A stretch of 64,000 nt of DNA from Yuukianura sp. NJ FZ-2021 (Eukaryota): contig CM102287.1 in assembly GCA_046563655.1 (NCBI GenBank), positions 4,588,001 to 4,652,000 of the forward strand, written 5' to 3'. Each line of letters begins with the position of its first letter. Within the stretch, counting starts at the first letter, position 1. Positions 52,666 through 64,000 of the stretch are shown piece by piece. The notes under the pieces are model-generated. The model was given only the letters and a program-made list of their open reading frames with translations, did no database searches and was not told where the DNA came from. A program made the translations under genes and the position numbers.

Positions 52666-53374
52666 CCTCAAAGGTCAAAAGTTTTGACTCAAAATCCAAA
52701 GTTTTTGTGACCTCTTGACCTGAAACTTTAACTTTTTAGTACTTTTAGTACTTTTTCAATTAGATTATGACAATTAGATGCTGAGTGCCGGAGGTGTCTG
52801 CCAGACTGCCCACCTTCGACTGATGACCAAAATCCGAAATTCGGACCAGCGTCTCCTTCTTTGTCCTTCAAAATTTCGTCGATATCCAAATATCCATTTT
52901 TCTCTTGAATTTTTGAATTTCGATCAAAGTGAAACCTTCGGCGAAAAGCGTTCTGAAAAAAATGGAAACTTCATGAAATAGCCCAAATTGGTCCATTAAC
53001 TGAATAATTAACTTAGGTTTTGGCCAGGGGAGAGGGCCAAGCTAAGTCCACGTCAGCTCCAAAATTTTTGTAAATTTTGGTGAAAACTGGGAAAAGGTGG
53101 AGTTTACATTAAAAATTCATAACTGTAACTCCGCCTCTGTTCTGTTTCCAAAAATTAGAAAACTGTTGACGACCTGGTTGGAGCCTGTTGGCGCTCTCTG
53201 ATTGGTCGAGCCCGGGCCGTTTTCTGGCTCCAAGGTCACACAGGCCAACTTGGACGTTTTGCGTCGTAGATTTGCCAGCGGTGGCGTCTTTTCTGGAAAG
53301 TAGTGCCCAGTTCCTATTTGCAGGACGAGGGAAGAAGACGTAACGTTAAGCCACAAAACTACGCTAAAATCAAG

Positions 53375-55210
53375 ATGGATGACCAAGGATTCGGAGTTTA
53401 CAAGTTCTACTTCAACTTTTTGAGGAATTTTGGCGCCTTTCCGTTCCGTATCGAGTATCCCGGTACGAAACTCGGGTATCACCGAACCGGTCTTTTCAAA
53501 TGGATGTACTACATCAACTTTATCGGTGTCGTATTCGGAGCGGCGTTTCAATTTGCGCAACTCATGTTAACCATAACGTACGATCCGCAACCGATGCATG
53601 TCATTGGTCAATTGGCTTGGATGTTCGCCATTTGCATTCCGCTGGCCAATTACATGTCGTTCATCCGGAGAGAAGATCGTGTCGTCAACGCACTGGACAA
53701 TTGGTGCCATCTTGAGAGGAGTATCATCGGTAAATTTTATTTTCTATAAATTACTAATAAAATATGTTAATTAATACTAAATTATTGAAAATTATGCTTA
53801 AATTTCAACAATTTTACGTTATAGGATCCACTCTCCGCGGAATGGCCAACATGCCTAAGGGCCCAATGCCGTCCATGTCCGCATGTCACATGAAACAGAA
53901 CCGACTTTTCCGGAAAACGTCCAACCTTTATCTGCTGATGGGCATCATAACTGTGGGAGCAATGTCGGCTCAATGCGTCGTCCAACCGGAATTCCCAGCG
54001 TATATTTACTCCGTCGCCCAAGAAACTGACGACATTTTCCGCTACGTGGCGACTGGCTACCAAATCTGGATTGTCGTCCTCGTGTGGGTCCATTCGTATT
54101 GCACCGAGGTCATTTTCATTGTTGCCGCTGGAAGTCTCACCCACTGTCTCGAGAATCTGAGCTACAAGGGCTCCGTGGTCATGGCCAACCGACAGTGCGA
54201 TGTGCCCAATATCAATGACCTCATGATCCGAAACTGGAATGCTTTTGAAGGTAAGTGACCTCTTTTCCATAATTTGTTTCTTTTTTCAAAATTTCAATTT
54301 TCTCTCAAAATTTCACTTTTCTTTTCAGGAAAATCTAAAGGTGGAAGTGCAATGGGCGGACAGGGGGAGAAAGTCGGTAGCGCGATGGACGGACGAAAGG
54401 AAACGCAAATTTCGAAAGCCGGTTACAACCAGGAAACGTACTACTTGGCTCATGTCGTGCAGAACGTTGTGGTAAGTTCGTCGTGACCTTTGACCTTCTT
54501 GACCTTTTACCTTCGTGACCTTTGACCTTTGACCTCGTGACCTTCATTGCTTTTTGCTTTGCAGGACATCCAATACGCACTGGATCGCTACAAAGATGTA
54601 GAGGGCGTCGTGGACAACATCAACAACACTTTCGGTCGGATGCTCTTCAACCACATGTCGGTCTACATGAGTAAGAAACCAAAAAATTCAAAATTTTGAA
54701 TCAGAATTTCAGAAAACGAAATTGAAATTTTGAATTTTTCGAAACCTTAGGCCTGATGTGTACCTTGTTCTACACGCCAATTCGTTACGGAACGTCCGTG
54801 CCATTTGAAGCGAGCATCCTGTTCTCCATCGTGGCTCTGTTCTACCTCGTCCGTCTCTTCATGTTCTTTCCGTCCATGGGGAAAATCAACGTCCTTTCGC
54901 AGAAGTTCGTCGAGTCGTGGATGGAAGGGCTACGACACATTCCGAAAGGGAAGTACGCCTACGAATTCTACATGCACAAGCTCGAGAGTTGCCGCAAACT
55001 GGCTTTTGACGCAGGTAAACTACGCTGACCTCAGAAAAACACACATAAAAATCCATCATTCCAAAAAAGGAAACTACAAAAATTACAAAAATTTCGAAAT
55101 CTTTTTCAATTCAAAAATTAGGTGGATTCTACCTCATGCAGAAGGGAACAGTACTTACGTTCGTGTCAATCGTGACAACACACATCATTGTGTTGCTCCA
55201 GCTCTACTAA
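53375..55210 (+). CDS. Gustatory receptor (7tm chemoreceptor family), divergent paralog
   Basis: FGAFPF N-terminal motif, QPEFPAYI shared with the neighbour (NPQFPAYI), and end LAFDAGGFYLMQKGTVLTFVSIVTTHIIVLLQLY*. Exons about 53375-53729, 53825-54250, 54329-54471, 54564-54670, 54751-55014, 55122-55210. Confidence 0.88.
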
Positions 55211-55265
55211 AAACAACCTCAAAAGATCAGCATCAGCATTCCACTGCACCGTTACACCGCTTTCC

Positions 55266-55355
55266 AGCGTCTAAGGTTCTCGGAGCGCTTAAACTCTTTT
55301 CGAGCTCCTAAATTTTACCTTCGAGCGTCAAGAATTCTTCGGAGCGTCTAAATTT
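55266..55355. repeat. Degenerate ~20-bp tandem repeat downstream of the GR stop codon
   Basis: About 5 copies of '(c/g)gagcgtctaa(a)ttt..tt'. Confidence 0.55.
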
Positions 55356-56791
55356 TGCTTAGGAGTGTCTAAAACCCTGCAAGAAGCACAAAATCAGCGT
55401 TCGTATTTCCATAATCGGTGGGAGGCGGGAGCAATTCCGTTTCAAATTGGATCATTAGCCTCTCTTTGTACCTGGATCTTCTCTTTCGGAATGATGTGAA
55501 CTCAAGGGCGACTTGAAGTCTATGTGTCTGTCCCTTTGAAAACACTTGGAATGGCCCTTTGAAATCCAATGTCTAAATTCATCGCACGTTCGTCTTTGCT
55601 AGTCCCCCATTCTGATATTGAACAAATAGCTCAAGCCCTTCACTCTAATTCGATTCATGTCGAACAAGAGGCGGAAGAGCGCAATAGGAAGAAACAATCT
55701 TCAAAAGCAAAGCACACGTACCTACTTTGCCAAAGTCTAAATTTTCAATTGTATAATGTAGAATTCAAAATTTTGAAAAACTACAACAATTGATCAGAAT
55801 AAAAATTTGGAAAAAGTGATTTCTCCCAATCGCAATTTGCAAAGGCTCTATTATAACTTACAACTTTCCAAAAAAAAAATCACAGAAGCAAAGCAGAGTT
55901 TTTCAAGTGACGTTTAACTTGACCTTTGACATTTTAGATTTAGTTAAACCGTCAATTGTAAATTAAAGTAACCTGTTGATTCGTAAAAAGTAAATCCGTA
56001 AATCGTAAACTGTAAATCTGTAAACCGTAAACTTTAAACCTAATATAAGTTTCATTCCAGGTGGACCGTGTTGATTGGCCTTCGGGAAATAAAATTGACT
56101 TTCACTCAAACGTAACTTTCTTGTGAGTTTTAGATTAGGTTTTTCGTTAGGTTGGTTAGGTTTACTTTCTCCCACGTTAGGTTTACTAACCTACTCACTC
56201 GTTTTTCCTAAAACTCCAAATCTCAACCTTGTCATTTCGTCCTGGAGGCTACAAACATCCTGAGAAATCCCAGGAAATTCTTCAGTCATGCATCATAATT
56301 CTGTACTTCGCCTGTCTCTTCTTCTCTCTCGGAAGAAGGTAGGATTTCGGAGGAAATGAAAACGGAAACCCCTTGAGTCGTTTCTCATTTGATCCCATGC
56401 AATTTTAAGCCCAATATTTTCAAAAACTTGTTTTTTAAGCAACTTTTTTTTTAAAACGTGCTTGCATGAACATCCAATTTCCTGGAAGCTGGTTCCTTGT
56501 AGGCAGAGGATTCCAGGAGTGTTGCTTAAACAACTTTTTTTGTGCTTGTCGTCTGAAAGTGCTGAGCGGTGGGACAAATATTGGTTTTCATCAATCTCTT
56601 TCTTGAGCTGCTGGAAGATGCTCCCGGGAAGTGACACTCTTCAGATGGCACAGCTTTAGGTTAGGCCGTTAGGTTGGTTAGGTTTTTGCTGGGACGTTAG
56701 GTTGGGATGCTGGAGAAAGAGAAAGTTCAGTTGAGTTGTGGCAATGGAGGAGAGGGGTTTTGCAGGACCGAGGCTGAACAGTCCATGTGCT

Positions 56792-59700
56792 ATGCCCAAT
56801 TGTTCCTACACACCGCTACTGATTCAAAATACTGACGGTACCGGTACCGGAAGTACCGAAACACGCAAAACCGAAACTCGGTGTACCGGAAACAAGCCTC
56901 AGCGACCTTTGACCCTCAATGCTACACAACCTGCGAGGGAAACCGGAATCTGCGAACGAATTGAAGCTCAATTGTCGAATCTCGGGAAGGGGTAAGACAA
57001 TTTCTCAAAAGAAAAACAAAAAATTCCGACATTTCAAGAAAAAAAAAACTCAAAAACTACCTTAACTTTGACTTTTCCAAAAAATTTGAGTGAAATTCTT
57101 GTGTTGAAATGTGAAAGTTCTGGAAATCCGGAATATAAAAAAATGTCTTCCCTACTGAAATGCCTTTCACCCTAGAGAAGTTAAAGAGCAGAACACGAGA
57201 ATATTAAAGTAGGTTAGTTTTTGTTAGGCTAGGCGAAAAGTAGGTTAGTTGTTGTGATGCTGGGCATAAATTAGGTTAGTCTCAGTTGTTAGGTTAGGTT
57301 TTTGCGTTGGTAGAAACAGAATCCATTGCAGTGTCCAAAAGGACTGTACGTGAACCTTAGTAATTCGACCCGTGGGAAGTGCTTAAGTCCAGTGTGGCTT
57401 TCTCTTTCCATATTTTTCACACGCAGCATCGTTTTCTCTTTTTTTCGTCTTTTTTTTGAAAAGTGGCGCTTCCCCTGGATAGTTGCTTGGGCACGCAGTA
57501 GGGATTTGTCCATTCCACTTTCACTTCGCACTCTCCCTTCCGGAATACAATTGAGAACCAACGAGCTTCATAACAGACGAAAAATTACACCAACTGTCTC
57601 TCCTTCCACAAACCCACACGCCGCACTCTCCATAATCCCCTTTTTATTCAACAAAATTCTACGTTTCTAGTCATAGAAATATTTTTTAAAAAGATTTTTT
57701 AAAATTTCAGATTCTTTCACCAGCTCAGATTATGTTTTCTACAGAAATTTTTCTTTTTGGGGTTTTTCGAAAGTTACTACCCCAAAATTTTATTTTTGGG
57801 ATTGTCAGAATCAATAAACTTTCCTCAAAATCCGTTTCTCGATTTTACTTCAAAATTTCATTTTTTTTCATCTCTCTACAAAATTCCATTTTCCTCAAAA
57901 TTTGAATGTTTGGATTGATAGAAACTTTCTTCAAAATTGAATTTTGTGACTGTCCCTCAAAATTTTGAATTTTGGGGCATTCGAACATTGGAATTTACCT
58001 CGAAATGAAATTTTGAGAGTCCTTCAAAATTTGATTTTCATTTCTTTTCACAGTAGTCAAATTGTTTCTTCAAAATTTCAATCCTAAAATTGCCAATGAT
58101 TAGGTTAACTTCCCTTTGTGTGAACTTCTAGCTCAGTACTGTCAAAGGTAGAATTATTTTTCGAAGTTCTAATGGCACAACACCTTGATAAATTCGAAAG
58201 TTGAGATTGATGAAAATAGTTCCTCCATCCATCCTCGTCGTGAGTCTTGTTTATTGGAAAGGACAGTGCGGTTAATTAATGGAGAAAGTAAAAGTAAATT
58301 CCAAAGGTAAGGACAATAGATGGTTAGGTTTTAGCTGGAAAAGTACAGGAATGTTAGGTTTACATTAGGCTACCGTTAGATTCTGGGCCTAATGGCTAGG
58401 CTTGGGTAACCAAAAAGTGTAGTAAAAGTGGTGTTTTAAAAGGTTATGCGTCTGGAGACAATAAATTACTGTTGTCAGTCCCTCCCCTCTCCTTTAGTTC
58501 CCATTACTCTATTGTTCAAATTAATTTCAACCCTGCCACATAAACAGAGGAACAGGAGAAAGCAGCTTTCTCCACTTTTTCACAAAAAAAAACTTTTTTG
58601 AAAAAAAAATTTAACAGCCCCCGTCTCCCGCTTTCGCTATCTCACAAATCATCCGACTTTCACCAAATTTCACCAACTGCCGCTCCTTTTTTTTACTGGC
58701 CATGTTTTATATTTTGCATAGTAAAAACAAACAGTTTTTAATTTTATTCTTGTTCTACTTTCTCGTTTTTTGGTGCACATAAATTTTTATTTCCGTGTTT
58801 TAAAATTTTGAAATTTTAGAACTCTCCTGGCAAATCCTAAAAATGAATTGTGGTAGGTTTTCGTCTTTTCTTTGTAGACGTTAAACGCCACACAATACAA
58901 AGTCTAAAATTTGTTTCACAAAAAAATTTTTTGAAGCAAGTTGACATACGCCAAAGTTTTCTCAAATTTTTTTTTGTATTCCTCTTTGAAAAGGCTTGTT
59001 TTGATTTTGAATTGAGTGAAACAGTTTGTGTTTGTTTGCTTTGATGACAGTCGAAGGTACTTTGATCTTCTAGGACTTCCACTGCTTTCTCCTTAATACT
59101 TTCTCCGGCTTAAGAACAAATGGAAAGGAAGAAACAGTTTTGGAAAAGGAGCTTGTCTCGATGGAGACATTTCTTAGAGTTTAGGTTTTAGACTGCTGCT
59201 GCAGTTACGTTAAAGCTACCAGCTTTAAGTTAGGTACCAGAAATAGTTACTCCCTCTGCTCCCACCAAAAATCCTTTCTTCCTACTTGAACACATTTCAT
59301 TTTACGACAAAGAATAATTCCAAGCTCAAAGGAAACAAAAAGCAAAGGACCAGGGCACAGTTGGGAGTAATGAGCTTCTGGATAGGAAAAAAAGAGTGAA
59401 AAGATTTCTCCTGCTCTTTACTTTCTCCTAGTTTTGTTTTCTTTTATGAGAGAAAGCCATGTTTTTTCAAGTGGAGAGACAATGAGCTCAAAAATTAAAA
59501 TTTGGCTTGATGATTATGACTTTTGACCCCCCTCCTACTCATTTCCTCTCACTTTATACCCCCCCCCCTTTATTTTTGAACCCCCACCCCTGATTCTCGT
59601 TTTTTTTTTGTTTCTTACAGGAAAACGTGGTTGGGGATTTTCTTGGGTCAAATCTGCTCAATCCTCCTCTGCATCTCGTCCCTCACTTCGGTCATCCTCA

Positions 59701-62560
59701 TTGACCTCAACGTCCGTCTTCCAAATGGTAATTTTGAAAAAAATAATTTAAAAAAAAATTAATTTCAAAAAAATTTTGAAAATATAAAATTAAATTGGCT
59801 TAATAAAAAAAAGCGTTCATCAGTTCTTTATGATTTTCGTCTTTCCGCGCTCAATTACCTATGTTAACAATGTAGATAATTTGAAGTGTCATAAAGAGTA
59901 ATTTTTAATGGCGTTTTCACAGAACAAAATTTTTAAAATTCGAAACCTTTACAATCTTTTCAAATTTTTGAAAATCTGTAAAATGAACAGAATTTGCATT
60001 TTTTGAAACGCGGAGTGTTGGATTCGTCGGAATTGAGTTATTTTTGTAAAGAAAACTTCGGGACTCTTTTTGAAGTTTGTGAAAGGAGTGGATTAGGACG
60101 CAGATTGTATTTGTTTTTATGATTTGAAGTGGAGCTTTTTCAAAAGCCGGAGATAATAAGAGTCCTAGAACCTCGTTTGGATTTGAATTCCAAAATTTTG
60201 AAAAGACTTCAAAAAAAGTCTCGCGTCCAAGGCTCTGCTCCTTCGAAGCGCATAGTAAAGCCTTAATCCCAGTTCCAAATCCGGGGGAATAGGAGCTTTC
60301 CCTTGGCCTAATTGCAACTATTCAGCACTACATTTCCAACCGATTTCGGAGGATAGAACCTTTTCCCACTAGAGAAAAAAGAACCGAGTCCCGATCAATA
60401 GAGCGCTTAAAACATTCAGAATCCATTAAATTTCAAATTCAGACGAAGAGCCTCTCCCTGGCTTCTGTCGAAAGTCTAAGCGTCTCCATCCAGAGTAGTA
60501 CTAAAAATGGAACTCAAAATCCCATCCAGGAGTATTCTTGCTTCAAAAGTGGAGACGAATTAGGAACAGGAGTCTAACGTAACCTGACGCAGTCTTATGT
60601 AGGCTAACTTTACGTAAAGAAATGAAACTGTAGTTAAGGGAGTCCTTGGAGGGGACAGACACAGAGCACAGGAAAAACGTAAATGAGAAATCACTCTGAT
60701 TTCCCTCATGACTCTTAAATTTTAATGCTTCTCCTAAAAACTCCTGCTCTCTCAACTTTCACCTTCGAAAAATAAAATGTAACTTTCTTTTCGCAAAACT
60801 TTTACCGAAAAAAGGAACACAAAAATGACATACGGAATGCTAGTCCAAAATTTTGAATTCATACTGCGACACTAAAACCGAAAAATGTCAAACACTTTTT
60901 TAAAAATTATATTTCGTCCAAACTGAAAAAAAGTGAAAGTTACGCTCCGGGATAAAAATTGGCAAACGCGTTCCAAAAAAATGAAGTTAATGTTAGGTAA
61001 ATAATCCACACTGACGTATATTGTACTTTGTACATTGACTAAGCTTTGGCTAACTTAGTAAAGCCTAGCATGTGAAGTTATTTTCAATTTTAAATAGAGT
61101 TGATGTGAATGAAAGTGTAGTAGAGTGAAATTTAAAATCAAGTAAACCACAAAACCTCAAAATTGCAGCAAAAAAATTGTTGGTGTTTTGAGAGCCTTTG
61201 GACTGTAATGATTTGACAGATGAAAGGTAAACTAATTACAGGTCCTACTTCCTCCTTTCACTCTACTTTCTCTAACCTTGTGCTTTAAGCACCAACCTAA
61301 CATAAGCATACGCGCAAAAGTAGAACGGGAGTTTAATTAAATGCATAATTAAAAGGACGGAATCCCCAGGCAAAGCTTCAACTAATTTCTGGAAGAGTCC
61401 TTGGTATTACAGCGTCCCTTTGCATTAGGAAACTCATCAAGGGAAATCTCTTTTCTATTCATTTCACAAACTTTTCTCTTTTCTAAAAACGAATTTTCAA
61501 AAAAGACAATGGAGATGGATTTCAAATTATGACTTTGAGTGAAGGAAGAGAGAAAGCACAATTAAGTCTCCGCCGAGACACGAATTAATACCAACCAAGC
61601 TCCCTCTCCAACTTTTCCTTTCTTGCCAAATCTACAACTAGCAGAACTCTATTAAAAATTTCAAAAAACAAGTCTAAGCTTTTGAGAACTTCAGAAAAAA
61701 TTCATTTTGATGTTTTCCAACTTTCAAAAACTTGAGAAAGTGAATACCCAATTAGTTTGAAAACATAAGACTCCTTGCTTTCACCGGAAATGAAAAAAAA
61801 AATGCTCAGGGGAATTTATCCTTCACTTTTTTTCTTTTAAAATTTGAATTGAAAAGTGATATTTTCTGAAAAGGTTAAAGGTCAAGTAAGCTCTTTGTGT
61901 TTGTGGAGTGTGGTTTTGACTGATGGTTTTGAAGTTGTGTTAGGCTATTCAGGAGGTTGTTGTTGGATGGAGAAAGTGAAAGTGAGAAGATTGACACCTT
62001 GATAAGTGGGATGGATCTCAGAATCTCCATTTCCCTTAAGGCTTTTCCCTCCTAATTGAAAAATACAACAAAGACACACACTTTTCTCCCTGTCACTCCT
62101 ACTTTTTCAAAATCCTTTTCAAAAAATACCTTTTCCGAAATCGAAATTTCGAAAAAGTCGTTTTCAAGAAAAAACGCCGTGTAAAAGTTACTACACTATT
62201 CGCTAGTAGTAACTAAATTACGAAAGTAGTTAGAGTTTACTTGATGTCACGTGCCAAACTTAAATTCCGCGCTTCCAATTCGGATTAATTTTTTGAAGTA
62301 CTTTGAATTTGAAAATTCAACCAAAAAATTTCAATTTCAATTTTTTTTCTTTGAAAATTTTGCAGCTCAAAATTTTGCCTTCTACCTGCTGTTGTCGCTG
62401 GTGTTCACGAGTGTTTTGGCGTGTCGCCGCGGGGAACGTAATCTCTTTCCTGTTCTGCGTCTGCGCGGCTGGAAGTACGTTCTGGTTGCCCTTGCAGACG
62501 TCGAGGGAAACTTCCTCCTGGCCAAAGCCTACCAGTTTACAACGCTCACCAGCGTCCAGG
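56792..62560 (+). CDS. SLC35F1/F2-like solute carrier, 5' part (continues beyond last identified exon)
   Basis: Exons about 56792-56991, 59621-59727 (IFLGQICSILLC...VRLPN) and 62367-62560 (AQNFAFYLLL...GWKYVLVALADVEGNFLLAKAYQFTTLTSVQ) splice in frame. LGQ..S and DVE.N....AYQ.TTLTSVQ are SLC35F signatures. Confidence 0.85.
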
Positions 62561-63499
62561 TTAGGTTTTTCACCTAAAAGTTAGGTTTAAGTTATGTTAA
62601 GGTTATGTTTTATGTTAGGCTACTTGTGAAAAGCCGTTTTCAATAAGGAAGAGAGGAGCAGGTTAAGTGAAGGGGCGGAGACCCAATGATGATAGATGGG
62701 CAACTTAATAGAAACGCGGGCTCTCGATTCCTTAATCCTCCGCAGCTTTCGCTTCCTTTCACCCTGGAAACTAAAACTTTTTCATCTCACAACCCTCATT
62801 ACCTTCTGGTTCACAAAAGTAAGAAAAAAGTGAAAGTTTTTGTGCACCAATTCCTTACACGTGCCTTCGTTTTTTGAATTTTGAATTTTGAAAAGAGAAA
62901 GTCTAATTGGAACGAAGAGGATGAAGAAATAAATTATGAATTTTGGACAATAGAGGGAAAAAAGGAAAGTAGGAGATGTCAAATCCAGAATTTCAATTAC
63001 GCTTGGATACGAAAGAAAAGCTCCAAGGAGAGAGATTTTTTTCTTAGTTTTCTCCATACTCCATTCTGCTTTCTCCTGACTTTTCTCGTGTAGGAGATGA
63101 ACATCATGATGGCTTACGCCAGAAGCAAAATTTGAAATCTGAGCTTTTTTCAAAAATCTCCGAATTTTTTTTTGTTAGGGAGTTGTTTTTTGTAAGAAGT
63201 CTTTCCTTGTTCCATTTGGAGAAAACAGAGAAAGTTCTTAAACCCATCCACGTATGAACGTATGGATTTCTCATGCAGGAGCAGTTTAAAATCCTAACAT
63301 GACTTTGAGCTCAATGCCTAAATCCATTTCCTCGTTCTCTCAAAGTAATAATTCATGAATAATAAAGAATTGATTCACAATTCACTTTGATCAAAGTCCC
63401 TTCACTTGCACACGCTCCACTACCTTTTGACCAACTTCCAAAGACACAGATTGAAAATATACATACTGGGCTAAGAATAGACTGAAATGCAGACATAAT

Positions 63500-63990
63500 G
63501 TACAAGTCGAAGCTGAAAACGCTGAAACACCTTTGAAAAACACAATGGTAGGTTGAAACAATTGAAAACACACTGAGAAACGCTTCCTTGTTGACCTTTG
63601 TTACAAATTTTAACTTAAAATACATTACAAAAAAACACTGAAATCCGATCTATCCTTAAAAAAGTTTAAGAAAACTTAAGGAAAGATGTCTTTAAAAACC
63701 ATTTTTTAGTTAAACTGGAAAGCACTAAGAGCGTAAACTCTAGAGAAAGCATACTTTTTGTGTAAAAACACTGAAACACCCTAAAAGAAAACACACTTTT
63801 CGTTTAAAAACACTGAAACACTCTAAGAAAACACACTTTTTAGTTTAAAATCGCTGAAACACGCTGTTTTTGTGATAAAACACCAAAACAGGCTGTTTGG
63901 TTGAAAAAGTTGAAACATGTAAAACAAAAGTATGTAAAACAACAAAAAACACTCAAGGGCTAAATCACTTGAAAGTGTTTTCTGTCTGTA
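63500..63990. repeat. Degenerate short-unit repeat region (aaaacactgaaacac motif)
   Basis: Many imperfect copies of aaaacactgaaacac / aaaacgctgaaacac, including a ~40-bp tandem triplet at about 63765-63865. Confidence 0.6.
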
Positions 63991-64000
63991 ACTTTGAAAA

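Noticed and set aside
57289..57670. Overlapping 90-114 aa ORFs in SLC35F intron
   Set aside because: No homology signal recognisable by eye and no consistent splice phase with the flanking exons.
31..62560. Non-canonical GA/GG/GC donor sites, as known from some copepods
   Set aside because: Essentially every intron I traced resolves in frame with GT-AG (a few AAG acceptors). Only the one near 14000-14070 is ambiguous.

Overview
Intron-rich animal genomic DNA from an arthropod. A crustacean such as a copepod is plausible (compact 55-100 nt GT-AG introns, gustatory receptors, Stubble), but the taxon cannot be fixed from sequence alone. I reconstructed 14 spliced genes by hand: alpha-spectrin (runs off the left edge), pyruvate dehydrogenase kinase, a CUB-serine protease, a WDR97/87-like WD40 protein, a divergent Frizzled-4-class receptor, a truncated Roquin-like protein, STEEP1/CXorf56, an orphan with a perilipin-like core, LLPH, a Stubble-type protease nested antisense in the LLPH intron, a sialin/SLC17 transporter, two head-to-head gustatory receptors, and the 5' part of an SLC35F transporter. 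Most notable: (1) an exact 114-bp copy of the LLPH exon1/intron junction inserted 1.26 kb upstream between 16-bp direct repeats, antisense within the probable 5' exon of the neighbouring gene; (2) dense AGGTCA-A-AGGTCA/TGACCT arrays that hug exon edges with a polarity bias, occur mostly in certain gene blocks, and enter coding sequence; (3) a foldback insertion flanked by a perfect 90-bp duplication; (4) a Frizzled lacking KTxxxW and a Roquin lacking its CCCH finger and full RING. Exon coordinates were read manually and may be off by a few bases.
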